A stretch of DNA of 64,000 nt from an uncultured Mollicutes bacterium (lineage in GTDB: Bacteria > Bacillota_I > Bacilli_A > ML615J-28 > CAG-313), in assembly GCA_900538885.1 (NCBI GenBank), contig UQAI01000001.1, positions 25,862-89,861 of the forward strand, read 5' to 3'. The translations under genes and the position numbers were made by a program. Positions 47,064 through 57,635 of the stretch are shown piece by piece. The notes beneath the pieces were generated by a model that saw only the letters and a list, made by a program, of their open reading frames with translations, made no database searches and had not been told where the DNA came from. Position 1 is the first letter of the stretch, and each line of letters begins with the position of its first letter.

Positions 47064-48886
47064 TACCTATTTTGTTTAATGAAACAGCGACTGATTTTAC
47101 TACATTTGGAATTGGTGTCTTAAGGGAATGTACAAGCTGTGAAGTAACTGAAGAAAGAAACGGATCATTTGAATTAACACTAAAATATCCAACTAGTGGT
47201 GACCTATTTTCATATTTAAAAAATGAAAGAATAATCGTCGCTAAACCAAATGATCTATCTAAAAACCAGGCTTTTAGAATCTATAAAGTAACCACTCCTT
47301 TGAGGGGTGAAGTTACTGTTTATGCACAACATATCTCTTATGATTTAGCAACAATTGGTGTAATGCCTTTTGATATAGAAAATGCTAGTCCAAAATATGC
47401 AATGGACCAAGTATTGCTTCATTCATCAATTCCTAATAATTTCTCGTTTCAATCGGATTATCTAACTGTAAAGCAATTCAAAGTATCTAAGCCTGTAAGC
47501 ATTAGAAGTTTGCTTGGAGGAAGTGAAGGCTCGATTCTTGATAGTTGGGGTGGTGAGTATGAATGGGACAATTTCAAAATCAAACACCACACCCATAGAG
47601 GCAGTGATAATGGCGTGGTTATTGCCTATGGAAAAAACCTAACCAAACTAGAACACGAGTCAGATATCACTGATATTTATACACATATCTTGCCTTATGG
47701 AGTAATTAAAGACGATAACGATAAGGAAACAGTAGTAACTCTTCCTGAATGTGTCTTGCCATTAACATCAACTATTCTTAAAAATGGAAAAGTTTATATT
47801 AGAGATTTCACTGATGATTTCAAAGAAGATGAAAGAATAACAGAATATGAGCTTAGAACAAAAGCAAATGTCTGGATTAAGAATCATCCGCTTGGAGTTG
47901 AAAATTCAAGTATTGAAGTATCTTTTGAACCCTTATGGAATCAAAGCGAATATGCTGCAATTCATGAAAGATTATCGCTATGTGATACGGTCACAGTAAA
48001 GCACTCTAATCTAGGCGTAACTGCAAAGATGAAGGTGGTAAAAACAGTATATGATTCATTGAAAGAAAAATATAAATCCATTACCTTAGGAACATTAAAA
48101 GCAAGTTTAACTTCAAAGATAAACGACCTAGAAAATGTTGTAACAGACACAAAAAAATCTGTGGATCGATTACCTAGCCTGCTTAATTCTGCAATCGATA
48201 GTGCTACAAAACAAATAACTGGTAATACTGGTGGTTCTGTAGTCCTTCATTCAAATTCAAATGGAACACCATACGAACTTTTGATAATGGATACAGAAGA
48301 TATTAATAGTGCGGTGAATGTGTGGAGATGGAACTTAGGTGGCTTAGGATTTTCAAGTCATGGCTATAATGGCCCATATGAAACTGCGGTTACTGGTGAT
48401 GGTGCAATCGTTGCGGATTTTATTACTGCTGGTTCACTAGTAGCAAATATCATAAAAGCAGGAACATTATCAAGTAACGATGGTAGTTCTTATTGGAATC
48501 TAGAAAGTGGCGAAGTAGTACTAAGGGCTTATGCTACAACAGCCTCAGTAGAAGAACAAACAAATAGAATTGATAACATAGAAGAACAAAAAATGTATCG
48601 CTTAGTTATCAGTTCTTCAAATGGTAATATCTTCAAAAATGGAAATATATCAACAATGCTTACTGCTACAGTTTTTTCTTGGGATAAGGATGTCACTGAT
48701 GAACTCGATGATAATCAGTTTATATGGACAAGAGTATCCTCAGATACTGAAGCAGATAAGGCTTGGAATTCAGCTCATTTTGGTGGAACAAAATCCATCA
48801 CAATCACAAATGATGATGTCAAGGTTAGAGCTACCTTTTATTGTGACCTCATCGATACATCAACAAGAGAAAGCCTACTAGGCTAA
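47060..48886 (+). CDS. tail-associated lysin / tail endopeptidase (Tal-like)
   Basis: 608 aa following Dit. Confidence 0.55.
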   Translation: MIPILFNETATDFTTFGIGVLRECTSCEVTEERNGSFELTLKYPTSGDLFSYLKNERIIVAKPNDLSKNQAFRIYKVTTPLRGEVTVYAQHISYDLATIGVMPFDIENASPKYAMDQVLLHSSIPNNFSFQSDYLTVKQFKVSKPVSIRSLLGGSEGSILDSWGGEYEWDNFKIKHHTHRGSDNGVVIAYGKNLTKLEHESDITDIYTHILPYGVIKDDNDKETVVTLPECVLPLTSTILKNGKVYIRDFTDDFKEDERITEYELRTKANVWIKNHPLGVENSSIEVSFEPLWNQSEYAAIHERLSLCDTVTVKHSNLGVTAKMKVVKTVYDSLKEKYKSITLGTLKASLTSKINDLENVVTDTKKSVDRLPSLLNSAIDSATKQITGNTGGSVVLHSNSNGTPYELLIMDTEDINSAVNVWRWNLGGLGFSSHGYNGPYETAVTGDGAIVADFITAGSLVANIIKAGTLSSNDGSSYWNLESGEVVLRAYATTASVEEQTNRIDNIEEQKMYRLVISSSNGNIFKNGNISTMLTATVFSWDKDVTDELDDNQFIWTRVSSDTEADKAWNSAHFGGTKSITITNDDVKVRATFYCDLIDTSTRESLLG

Positions 48887-48903
48887 AATAGGAGGAATGG
48901 AAC

Positions 48904-49983
48904 ATGTCTAAAGCTCAAGGACAATTTACAATTATTGATTATAATGATGCCTTAACCTTAACAGGTTATATAGGTTCAAATTTAGCAAAAACTCAGATGT
49001 TCAATCCAGATAATAGTACTTATTCACCTGATTGGTCATCAACGAATTTAGTATTAACTCCTAGTTTGTACGTAATAGGTACAACTACGGACCAAATCAC
49101 ATCTACCAATGTTCAATCAGTTAAATGGTATGTTGGTTCATCCACAACAGCTATTACAACTGGTGGTAATTACTCTTTATCTGGAACAAAAAATCATATC
49201 CTAACAGTTAAAGGAAATACAATGGCAGGACTTCCTGGAATTGATTATAGATGTGTTATCACTTATAAGGATTCATCTACTGGTCTTGAAATTACTCATC
49301 CACTTACGATTTCATTTTCAAGAGTAGTGAATGGTGGCGGTATTGTTGATTTACTTGTTACTACACCTTTAGGAAATGTATTCAAAAATTCTGAAGTAGC
49401 AACCTTAACAGCAAAAGGTGAACTATGGAGAGGTTCTAGTGTAGATACGACTAATGTCACATATAAATGGGCAATTATGGACTCTTCAGTTTCATCATCT
49501 TCATCAGCTGGATATGATGCAGACTTCGGTACTGGTTGGTATAAATTAGCAGATACAACTGGTAAATATACGGGAACTTCAACAGCGACAATCACCGTTT
49601 ATGCTTCAGCAGTTGAATCATATGCTGTATTTAAGTGTTGTTGTAAGGATACTGATTCAGCATCTGCAACTTATAATTCAAAATTTTATGATGTTGCAAC
49701 CTTCATCGATAATGCAGATCCTCTACAAGTACAAATAACATCAACTGGTGGAGATGTATTTAAAAATGGAGTGGGTAGCACTGTTTTAAAAGCAGTGGTT
49801 TATCAAGCAGGAGTTGAAGTAGATGCTGCTGGTTCAGGAACTTATACTTGGACGAAATATAACAAAGATGGTGCTATTGATACTAGCTGGGGAACAAGTG
49901 GAAAGAAGACAGGTAAAACATTATCTGTTTCAAGTTCTGATGTTGCAACAAAAGCTACTTTTATGGTTGAAGTAGTTATTTAA
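48904..49983 (+). CDS. tail fibre / receptor-binding-like structural protein
   Basis: N-terminus [11 protein letters not shown] resembles that of the next fibre gene ([11 protein letters not shown]); S/T-rich beta protein. Confidence 0.4.
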   Translation: MSKAQGQFTIIDYNDALTLTGYIGSNLAKTQMFNPDNSTYSPDWSSTNLVLTPSLYVIGTTTDQITSTNVQSVKWYVGSSTTAITTGGNYSLSGTKNHILTVKGNTMAGLPGIDYRCVITYKDSSTGLEITHPLTISFSRVVNGGGIVDLLVTTPLGNVFKNSEVATLTAKGELWRGSSVDTTNVTYKWAIMDSSVSSSSSAGYDADFGTGWYKLADTTGKYTGTSTATITVYASAVESYAVFKCCCKDTDSASATYNSKFYDVATFIDNADPLQVQITSTGGDVFKNGVGSTVLKAVVYQAGVEVDAAGSGTYTWTKYNKDGAIDTSWGTSGKKTGKTLSVSSSDVATKATFMVEVVI

Positions 49984-49996
49984 GGAGGAAGGTTCT

Positions 49997-52288
49997 ATGA
50001 AGTCACAGAATCAATTTACAATCTATTCATTGAATGATGTGGCGACTCAATCAACTGCTCCAGAAAATCCATATAAAGGTCAATTATGGGTGGATACTTC
50101 AAAAACTCCACCAGTAACAATGGTCTATAATGGCACAAAATGGGTTGAACAGAATGGAACTGATACTATTAGATCATCAGTAAAAACAGTTGAAGAAAAG
50201 CAAGCAGAGTTCAAGACAAATCTCGATGGATTAACAAGTACAGTGGGTACTCAAACTAAAACAATAGAGACCATTGAATCTAATATTGATGGAATACAAG
50301 AAGATGTGACTTCTATTGAAAGTGAAGTATCAACTCTAAAACAAACTGCGACTAACATTTCTGCAGAGGTATCAAAGAAAGCTGATAGCGCATATGGTAA
50401 CTCAAGCTCATCATTTGGATGGAAACTTGATAGTAGCAGTTTTGAACTTTATTCAAACAAGAAAACAGTAATGAAAGCCACCTCAACAGGGCTTGATGTG
50501 ACAGGTAAAATTACCTCAACTGAAGGTTCTATTGGTGGCTTTACTATTTCAGATAAAGGAATATATAAAGGCGTAACATCTTTTAGTGATACAAGCCATA
50601 ATGGTGTATATGTTGGAACAGATGGTATTAGAGTAGGTCCTAATTTTACAGTAGATCCTACAGGAACTGTCACTGCAGTAGGCCTAAAGATTAACCTAAC
50701 AGATACACAAAAGACTGAACTAAAAGGCGAAAAGGGCGATACTGGTGCAACTGGTAGTCAAGGTCCTAAAGGAGATAAAGGTGATACTGGTGCAACTGGT
50801 GCTACGGGCTCACAAGGACCAAAAGGCGATAAAGGGGACAAAGGAGCAACAGGAAGTCAGGGACCAAAAGGAGATACAGGATTAACTGGTCCACAAGGCC
50901 CAACTGGTGCAACAGGGCCACAGGGTCCTACTGGTCCACAAGGTCCAACTGGTGCTACAGGACCGCAAGGTCCAGCTGGTTCAGATGCAACTGTTAATTG
51001 GACTAATATTTGTAGTGCTTTAGCAGGTTCAAAAAACTCTGAAGGTGCATCAAGAGGCATATATACAAGTGGTGGATATGTGTATGTTTTGGCAGATGCT
51101 ATTGATGCTACATGGGTGAATTCAGGTATTCTTTCTGCTCTCCAAGGAAAAATTGGTGGTTTCACTATTGACTCAAATAGACTTTATGCAGGAACTCCTG
51201 GCTCAAGCAGTGGAATTGAGTTATCTTCAGTTGGCTTAATTGCATATAAGTCAAACAACCAAGGAGTAGCTTCGTCATATGCAGTAAGCAAAATAACAGT
51301 CAATAAAGCAACAAATCTTACTGTTTATATTCGTTCTTATGCTGAGTCTAGCTATGACTATACAATGATTTCAAATCCAAATGCTTCATCGTATCCTACT
51401 TCTTATTCAAGTAGTTATGTAAAAGCTCATACAAGATCAAATCAAAACAGTAGTTCAGCCTTAGCTGGTTATACAAAAGTTGAGTACTATGGTTTGAAAC
51501 AAAACGACTATATTTATATCGTTTATAGGAAAGATGGAAGTGCAGATTCTGGAACTGATACTGGCTATCTTTTGATTCCAGAAACAACAGATATCTCAAT
51601 TTCAAATGTTGGCGCTACTCATTATTTTGTAAGAGATTCGGCATTTGATATTAAAGGTGCATCAATTAAGGTAGGTGCAAATTTTAGCGTTGATAGTACT
51701 GGCGCAATTAAATCAACTAGTGGAACTATTGGAAATCTAAGCATTACAGGTAGCGGTTTAACTTACAACGGTTCTTGGGCGTCTCATTTTAGTATCGGTT
51801 CGGAATCATCTGATTCAAGAATGCCTACTTATGCAATATTTGCAAGAACGCAAAGAATCGATGACTGTATTATGGGATTTAAGAATACCTCTTATGGTGA
51901 AAACTTCTGGGTTGAATTCAAACCAGATGGATATTGCACATACATGTCTAGTGATGCTGAAGATGCAGTAATGACAGGTAAGATACCATATAACTATCTA
52001 GATAAAGTCTGTTGGTTGCATTCACCTCTTGGATCATCACATACTGGAAGCGATGCAACTTGCCCTCAAATAATCGTCTTTAATGCTTCTGTAAGTAATG
52101 GAAGTTATCAAACTTACGATTTATCTGCCTATGGAATACATGAGATTATTGGAGCTCAACTAACTGAAAGAGATACGCCATCAACTGGTTCAAATAACCA
52201 ATGGTTCTCAGTAAGTGGGACAAGCATTACTGTTAGAAATACCACTGGTGGTAAAAAGACATATTCATTATTAGTCATCGCAGTTTAG
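49997..52288 (+). CDS. tail fibre protein with collagen-like triple-helix repeats
   Basis: ~30 consecutive G-X-Y triplets ([25 protein letters not shown]...GPQGPAGS). Confidence 0.65.
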   Translation: MKSQNQFTIYSLNDVATQSTAPENPYKGQLWVDTSKTPPVTMVYNGTKWVEQNGTDTIRSSVKTVEEKQAEFKTNLDGLTSTVGTQTKTIETIESNIDGIQEDVTSIESEVSTLKQTATNISAEVSKKADSAYGNSSSSFGWKLDSSSFELYSNKKTVMKATSTGLDVTGKITSTEGSIGGFTISDKGIYKGVTSFSDTSHNGVYVGTDGIRVGPNFTVDPTGTVTAVGLKINLTDTQKTELKGEKGDTGATGSQGPKGDKGDTGATGATGSQGPKGDKGDKGATGSQGPKGDTGLTGPQGPTGATGPQGPTGPQGPTGATGPQGPAGSDATVNWTNICSALAGSKNSEGASRGIYTSGGYVYVLADAIDATWVNSGILSALQGKIGGFTIDSNRLYAGTPGSSSGIELSSVGLIAYKSNNQGVASSYAVSKITVNKATNLTVYIRSYAESSYDYTMISNPNASSYPTSYSSSYVKAHTRSNQNSSSALAGYTKVEYYGLKQNDYIYIVYRKDGSADSGTDTGYLLIPETTDISISNVGATHYFVRDSAFDIKGASIKVGANFSVDSTGAIKSTSGTIGNLSITGSGLTYNGSWASHFSIGSESSDSRMPTYAIFARTQRIDDCIMGFKNTSYGENFWVEFKPDGYCTYMSSDAEDAVMTGKIPYNYLDKVCWLHSPLGSSHTGSDATCPQIIVFNASVSNGSYQTYDLSAYGIHEIIGAQLTERDTPSTGSNNQWFSVSGTSITVRNTTGGKKTYSLLVIAV
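50700..50990 (+). repeat. collagen-like GXY-coding tandem 9/27-bp repeats inside the tail fibre gene
   Basis: periodic ggt/gga-nnn-nnn codon structure visible in DNA. Confidence 0.8.
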
Positions 52289-52297
52289 GAGGTACGT

Positions 52298-52648
52298 ATG
52301 AAGAAAGTAAAAATAAACAAAGACGGCTTTTTAGAAAGCATATACATTAATGATGCCACCATTGAGATCGAGGTGGATGATGAACTTTATGAAACACTCA
52401 TGTGCTGTAAAATCGGCAAGAATTGGAAACAAGAAGACGGTGAGTTTCATATGGTAGAACTTTTAGATGAACAGGTTATTAGAGAAAGAAGAGAGGTTGA
52501 ATGCTTTAACTTAATCGATAATCGATCACCTCTTTGGTGGAGTCATTTATCTGAAGAAAGGCGAAAAGAGCTAGATGCTTGGTATGAGGCTTGGCTAGTT
52601 GCAACCAAAACTAAAATCATACCTGAAAAACCTACGTGGTTAAATTAG
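52298..52648 (+). CDS. hypothetical phage protein
   Basis: 116 aa, GGAGG RBS. Confidence 0.3.
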   Translation: MKKVKINKDGFLESIYINDATIEIEVDDELYETLMCCKIGKNWKQEDGEFHMVELLDEQVIRERREVECFNLIDNRSPLWWSHLSEERRKELDAWYEAWLVATKTKIIPEKPTWLN

Positions 52649-52656
52649 GAGGACTT

Positions 52657-52923
52657 ATGGATTTAGCACAAACAATTATTACTATTTCATCTGTTATAAC
52701 GGCTCTTGGAGTAATATTCGGAGTCGTTTTTACTATCTATAGATGGTATCTCAAAAACGAGAAACAAGATGATTCAATAAAAGAAATAAAGGCGGAACAA
52801 AGCATTCTTACAAAGGGTGTACTTGCATGCCTTAAAGGGCTTCATGAACAAGGGTGCAATGGACCTGTCACTCACGCAATTGAGGAAATTGAAGAACACA
52901 TAAATAAACAAGCTCATAAATAG
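52657..52923 (+). CDS. small membrane protein, possible holin-like
   Basis: single N-terminal TM helix followed by a charged C-terminus; located in the lysis region. Confidence 0.35.
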   Translation: MDLAQTIITISSVITALGVIFGVVFTIYRWYLKNEKQDDSIKEIKAEQSILTKGVLACLKGLHEQGCNGPVTHAIEEIEEHINKQAHK

Positions 52924-52935
52924 GAGGTATTCAAA

Positions 52936-53310
52936 ATGAATGAGATTTTACTTAATGTTTTATCGGTTTTACTAACTGCAGTTATTTTGCCTTTGATATC
53001 TATTGCAGGAACTCAACTTATAAAATTCATCAATTCAAAAATCAAGAATAATGAATTAGTTAAACAGCTAACAACAGCAACTACTATCGTGACAAATGCT
53101 GTAAGAGCGGTATTTCAAACTTATGTTGATAGCCTTAAGAAGAGTGGTAACTTTGGAAAAGAAGCTCAAATTGAGGCTCTAAACAAGGCTAAAGAGCTAA
53201 CACTTGCTCAGCTAAGTGAAGAGGTTAAAGAGTACATCACTAAGAACTATGGCGACATCAATACTTGGCTTACAACTCAGATTGAAGCAACAATTAACTT
53301 GATAAAATAA
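52936..53310 (+). CDS. holin (LL-H / phi-LC3-like family)
   Basis: 124 aa; N-terminal TM helix then long amphipathic hydrophilic tail; last gene before the terminator. Confidence 0.5.
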   Translation: MNEILLNVLSVLLTAVILPLISIAGTQLIKFINSKIKNNELVKQLTTATTIVTNAVRAVFQTYVDSLKKSGNFGKEAQIEALNKAKELTLAQLSEEVKEYITKNYGDINTWLTTQIEATINLIK

Positions 53311-53319
53311 ACAAATTAA

Positions 53320-53356
53320 TCCCTGATTTCCTTTTTGGAGTCAGGGACTTTTTTTG
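53320..53356 (+). terminator. rho-independent terminator (tccctga-N14-tcaggga + T8)
   Basis: seen in sequence after the holin gene. Confidence 0.75.
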
Positions 53357-53432
53357 TTTGCAGATTTATTTTTGGACTGCTAAGTAGTATAATATAGGTG
53401 AAAGATAAATTAGAATTTGTGAGGATGATAAG

Positions 53433-53927
53433 ATGGTCAATATAACAGATGTAAGACAGATTCTTCAATTCGCAATAGATGCGGAGATTAAAGTCTTTCT
53501 TGATGGCGGCTGGGGTGTAGATGCACTTCTTGGATATCAGTCAAGAAGCCATAACGATATTGATATTTTTGTAGAAAAGAAAGATTATCAGAATTTTATA
53601 GAGATAATACAAGCTAATGGATTTTATGAAATTAAGATGGAATATACAACATTGAATCATACTGTATGGGAAGATGCGAAAAACAGAATTATTGATTTGC
53701 ATTGTTTTGAATATACAGGCAAAGGTGAAATTCTTTATGAGGGGGATTGCTTTCCGTTAGAAATTTTTTCAGGTAAAGGAAAAATTGAGGAGATAGAGGT
53801 TTCCTGTATTGAACCATATAGTCAAGTAATGTTCCATCTCGGATACGAGTTTGATGAAAATGATGTACATGATGTGAAGTTATTGTGTGAGACATTTCAT
53901 ATCGAAGTTCCAAATGAGTATAGATAA
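53433..53927 (+). CDS. Lnu(A)/ANT(2'')-family nucleotidyltransferase (candidate lincosamide/aminoglycoside nucleotidyltransferase)
   Basis: FLDGGWGVDALLGYQSRSHNDIDIF matches Lnu(A) WLDGGWGVDVLTGKQQREHRDIDIDF and AadB GGGWAIDARLG...HDDIDL; C-terminal FHLGYEFDENDVHDVKLL matches Lnu(A) FHSGYDLTETDHFDIKNL; 164 aa. Confidence 0.6.
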   Translation: MVNITDVRQILQFAIDAEIKVFLDGGWGVDALLGYQSRSHNDIDIFVEKKDYQNFIEIIQANGFYEIKMEYTTLNHTVWEDAKNRIIDLHCFEYTGKGEILYEGDCFPLEIFSGKGKIEEIEVSCIEPYSQVMFHLGYEFDENDVHDVKLLCETFHIEVPNEYR

Positions 53928-53957
53928 CGACAAATTCCTATTTAACGAGCAGTTATT

Positions 53958-53992
53958 CCCTCAATCCTTAATTGGAAAGAGGGGTCTTTTTT
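53958..53992 (+). terminator. rho-independent terminator (CCCTC-AATCCTTAATTGGAAA-GAGGGG + T6), copy 1 of an identical pair
   Basis: 27-bp core identical to 56802-56828. Confidence 0.75.
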
Positions 53993-54105
53993 ATTTATCT
54001 CCAATATTATTGGATTATTGGATTTTTTGGATAATTTGTGATATAATGATTTAACTAAAACCGATTTTATGATTTTAGCTAATATAATAATTCGGAGGCA
54101 CGATT

Positions 54106-56784
54106 ATGAAAAAAATTGGTAGATTTATTGTTTTATCTATTTTTATGATGTCAGTTATCTTTATGACTGGTTGTAGCAACAACACTCCTTATATTGGAGA
54201 AAATGGAAACTGGTGGGTTGGCGAGTCTGACACTGGGGTTCCGGCACAAGGTGAAAAAGGTGATAGTGGCGAAAAAGGTGACAAAGGAGATAAGGGTGAC
54301 AAAGGAGATAAAGGTGACACTGGGGATTCAGTAACTGTTGTTTCAGTTAAAAAAACAGGAACTGAAGAAAACGTCGATACATATACAATCACTTTCTCTG
54401 ATGGAAATACTTCAACATTTACTGTTACAAATGGTGCTGATGGCGAATCAGTTAATGTTGAATCAGTAACTAAGATTGGTTCTGATGGATTAGTTGATAC
54501 TTATAAAATAATGTTTTCTGATGGTACTGAATATACTTTTACAGTAACTAACGGAGCTGATGGCGAGTGCATAACAATTGAATCAATTGAAAAAACTGGT
54601 TCAGATGAATTAGTTGATACTTACACAATTACATTATCTGACGGAAACAAATTCACATTTACCGTTACTAATGGAAAAGACGGATTAACTCCTTATATTG
54701 GTCCTAATGGCAACTGGTGGATTGGCGATGAAGATACTGGCGAATTCGCTTCTTATAACTATGAAACTAGAGATATTACTGATGGATTAACATTTACACC
54801 TATGACCATAAATGGAAAAGGTGGTTTTGTTGTTACTGGTTTTGATCCTGTTGTTGCATACGGCAGTGAAATTTATAATCTTTTAGATAACTATCCAGAA
54901 CAATACGCGTCAACTTATGGAATTATTAATATTCCTGATTATTTAGGTACAACTCCTGTTATTGGAATCAAAGCTGAAATGTTTAAAAACGTTGATTATA
55001 TCGGCAAAGTTTCACTTTCAAGAAATACAGTTTATCTTGGAGATAATGTTTTTAATACTTGCTCAAATTTACAAGAAATTGATTTTAATGGAGCACCATT
55101 AGAAAAACTTCCAGACTATGCTTTTTATAAAACAAAACTTCAAAGCATTGATTTACCTGAAACTTTAGAAACTTTAGGTGCATATTCTCTTGCAAATACT
55201 AAATTAAAATCTATTGAATTACCAAATTCATTAACGAGATTAGAAAGTCATGCTTTATATGGAAATACTATAAAAGATATTGATATTAATAATGTTACTT
55301 ATTTTGCAGATTATTCATTATATGGAATTCATGGTAATCCTATTTATTTAACGAATGATGTTGAATATGTTGGTAGTTACGCTTTTGCTGGAACTTATGT
55401 TTATATCGAACAGGAAACAATCCCTACAACTTGGGAAAGCAATATTGCAGGTACTAGTACGTATTATGGTGGAATTGTTACTCCTAATTGTTTAATTAAT
55501 GATGAGTATATTTACTCTAAGAACGGAAATGAAATAACAGTATTAAATTATATAGGAACTGATAAACGAATTGAAATTCCTAGTTTAATTGATTCTCTAC
55601 CAGTTACAAAAATTGGATACGGTTTCAACTCTGTTAGTGAAATTGGACTTAATGTTTATGATAATATTTATACTGAAGAAAGTGGCGAAAACTATTTCAG
55701 TTATATGGTAAGAGCAGAACAAGTAGTAATTCCAAATTCAGTAAAAGCAATTGATTTAGGAGCATTCAATAATTTATTTACTACAATTTATATTCCTTCA
55801 AGCGTAGAAAAAATAAGCACTTATGCTTTAATCATTGACAATGATGACTTGTCATCAAACTTTATGATTTTTGAAGCTAATTCATATCCTACATTGATTA
55901 AAGGTTGGGTAGATGGCGAAAATGAAGGCGAAATTGATGGTGCACTATGGTTTGATGACGAAAACTATATTTGCTATTATCGCAATATCAAAAATACAAA
56001 ATGGGAAGATGTTTATTTTAATGAAGAAACAAATTCATACTATATTAAAGATTTATTTGGTTATACTTTAATTGCTTATATGAACCATGAAGTTGGTAGT
56101 AAAATTGTAATCGAATCAACTTTCAATAACGAAACTGTTCATACTATTAGAAAAGGTGCTGTTTATGGATTCTTTAATCCTAAATCCTTAATCATAGAAG
56201 ATGGAATTAAAAAGATTCAAAAGTATGCGTTTATGATGTGTGCAGACTTCAATTATGCTTATATTCCTAGCAGTGTAACAACAATTAATGCCTATGGATT
56301 TGCTGATGTTTGTTATAGATTCTATACAAATCACACATCAAAACCAGATGAATGGGATACACAATGGGCTGGTTCTTCATCTAGTTATACAATTACTTAT
56401 AAAACTGAATTAGGTGAGATTCCTACAATATCTTTTGATGGAAAGTATGAATATGCAGTTCTTGATGATGGAACAGTAAGTCTAGTTAAGTATTTGGGTT
56501 CTTCATCAACATCTACAATTAAAGTTCCAAGAACAATTGATGGATATACAGTAACTGAAGTAAAGAGCAATTGTTATTCAATTTCATACTCTTCTACAGT
56601 TTACATTTATATTCCTAAATCAATTCTTGTGTTAGAAGAAAATGCATTTTATCGCTCTTACACTTATTATACAACTTATGTTTATTTTGAAGCTGAATCT
56701 GCTTTACCTGGCTATCACTCAAAATTCACCAATACATCTTCTAGCTATTTAACTAAATACTGGAATAGAAGTATCGGATACTAA
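54106..56784 (+). CDS. surface lipoprotein with collagen-like GDK repeats, three tandem ~45-aa repeats and a BspA/internalin-type leucine-rich-repeat domain
   Basis: signal peptide plus lipobox [30 protein letters not shown], repeated TYTITFSDGN.TFTVTNGADGE units, C-terminal LRR periodicity. Confidence 0.7.
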   Translation: MKKIGRFIVLSIFMMSVIFMTGCSNNTPYIGENGNWWVGESDTGVPAQGEKGDSGEKGDKGDKGDKGDKGDTGDSVTVVSVKKTGTEENVDTYTITFSDGNTSTFTVTNGADGESVNVESVTKIGSDGLVDTYKIMFSDGTEYTFTVTNGADGECITIESIEKTGSDELVDTYTITLSDGNKFTFTVTNGKDGLTPYIGPNGNWWIGDEDTGEFASYNYETRDITDGLTFTPMTINGKGGFVVTGFDPVVAYGSEIYNLLDNYPEQYASTYGIINIPDYLGTTPVIGIKAEMFKNVDYIGKVSLSRNTVYLGDNVFNTCSNLQEIDFNGAPLEKLPDYAFYKTKLQSIDLPETLETLGAYSLANTKLKSIELPNSLTRLESHALYGNTIKDIDINNVTYFADYSLYGIHGNPIYLTNDVEYVGSYAFAGTYVYIEQETIPTTWESNIAGTSTYYGGIVTPNCLINDEYIYSKNGNEITVLNYIGTDKRIEIPSLIDSLPVTKIGYGFNSVSEIGLNVYDNIYTEESGENYFSYMVRAEQVVIPNSVKAIDLGAFNNLFTTIYIPSSVEKISTYALIIDNDDLSSNFMIFEANSYPTLIKGWVDGENEGEIDGALWFDDENYICYYRNIKNTKWEDVYFNEETNSYYIKDLFGYTLIAYMNHEVGSKIVIESTFNNETVHTIRKGAVYGFFNPKSLIIEDGIKKIQKYAFMMCADFNYAYIPSSVTTINAYGFADVCYRFYTNHTSKPDEWDTQWAGSSSSYTITYKTELGEIPTISFDGKYEYAVLDDGTVSLVKYLGSSSTSTIKVPRTIDGYTVTEVKSNCYSISYSSTVYIYIPKSILVLEENAFYRSYTYYTTYVYFEAESALPGYHSKFTNTSSSYLTKYWNRSIGY
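54376..54705 (+). repeat. three tandem ~135-bp intragenic repeats in the lipoprotein gene
   Basis: near-identical protein units; DNA periodicity visible. Confidence 0.7.
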
Positions 56785-56802
56785 TTAAAATGTGGATCAA
56801 AC

Positions 56803-56836
56803 CCCTCAATCCTTAATTGGAAAGAGGGGCTTTTTT
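56803..56836 (+). terminator. rho-independent terminator, copy 2 of the identical pair
   Basis: CCCCTC-AATCCTTAATTGGAAA-GAGGGG + T6. Confidence 0.8.
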
Positions 56837-56986
56837 AATGATTAGCAAAAAAATAAAGAAAATGTTTTCATAGATGTTTTGCCTAGAGTTTGAGAAAAAT
56901 CAGCCTATTTTGGGATAGTATTACAGCTCTCAGGTTAACAGCTTTTTTCTTTTTTCTCAAAAAATGAAGTGCTCTTCAAGAGGTCG

Positions 56987-57016
56987 ATTTGACACCTAAA
57001 AATTAAGTGATATACT
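56987..57016 (+). promoter_or_regulatory. sigma-A-like promoter TTGACA-16-TATACT upstream of the 57071 gene
   Basis: consensus -35 and near-consensus -10 seen in sequence. Confidence 0.45.
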
Positions 57017-57070
57017 ACAGGTGTAATTACAAAAAAAGTAGGCTTACTTTAGAAAAGGAGCGTTGGAAAA

Positions 57071-57265
57071 ATGAAAACATTAAATCTTACTGAACAACAG
57101 GTTATTGATCTATTATCATTGGTTGAAGAAGAAATCAGATACCTTACAAATGAGGCTATTCCTTCATGTGATGATGATCCAGAAGATTTGGCCATTATTG
57201 ATAGAGAAGGATTCATTAAGTCATTAAAGGGTATGGAAGATATCAAGAAGCAACTTTCTGAATAA
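57071..57265 (+). CDS. hypothetical small acidic protein
   Basis: 64 aa, AAGGAG RBS; terminator hairpin 57291-57323 follows. Confidence 0.35.
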   Translation: MKTLNLTEQQVIDLLSLVEEEIRYLTNEAIPSCDDDPEDLAIIDREGFIKSLKGMEDIKKQLSE

Positions 57266-57339
57266 ATTAAGTAATAATTAATCATTTTATTAAGCTTTAG
57301 AGTGAAATCTAGAGCTTTTTTTATTTTCTGAATTCAAAT

Positions 57340-57380
57340 CCCGAACTTTTGACACGATTTTCGGTCCTTAGACTTGAGGA
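57340..57380 (+). promoter_or_regulatory. ECF-sigma-type promoter-like element CCGAACTT-N16-TCCTTAGACTTGAGGA (copy 2)
   Basis: about 35/42 identity to 23691-23732; spacer contains TTGACACGATTT also found in the junction repeat family. Confidence 0.4.
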
Positions 57381-57391
57381 GGTATGAACCT

Positions 57392-57634
57392 ATGAATTTA
57401 AAAGAACAAATAAGAACCTTAAGTCAAAAGGGTTATGGCTATAAGAAGATAGCTAAAGAATTGAACATTTCAATTGGATCAGTAAGAAACGCTTTAGTTG
57501 AGACACCAAGCGATGAGGTGTGCAAGAACTGCGGAAAGAAGCTAAAGTTTGTTGTTGGTAAGAAAAAGAAGACATTCTGCTGTGATAGCTGTAGATACGA
57601 TTACTGGAACAAACAAAGAAGGGGTGGCAAGTAA
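57392..57634 (+). CDS. small HTH plus C4 zinc-ribbon DNA-binding protein preceding the recombinase pair (possible regulator or directionality factor)
   Basis: YGYKKIAKELNISIGSVRNAL HTH and CKNCGKK...CCDSC; GGAGG RBS. Confidence 0.45.
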   Translation: MNLKEQIRTLSQKGYGYKKIAKELNISIGSVRNALVETPSDEVCKNCGKKLKFVVGKKKKTFCCDSCRYDYWNKQRRGGK

Positions 57635-57635
57635 T

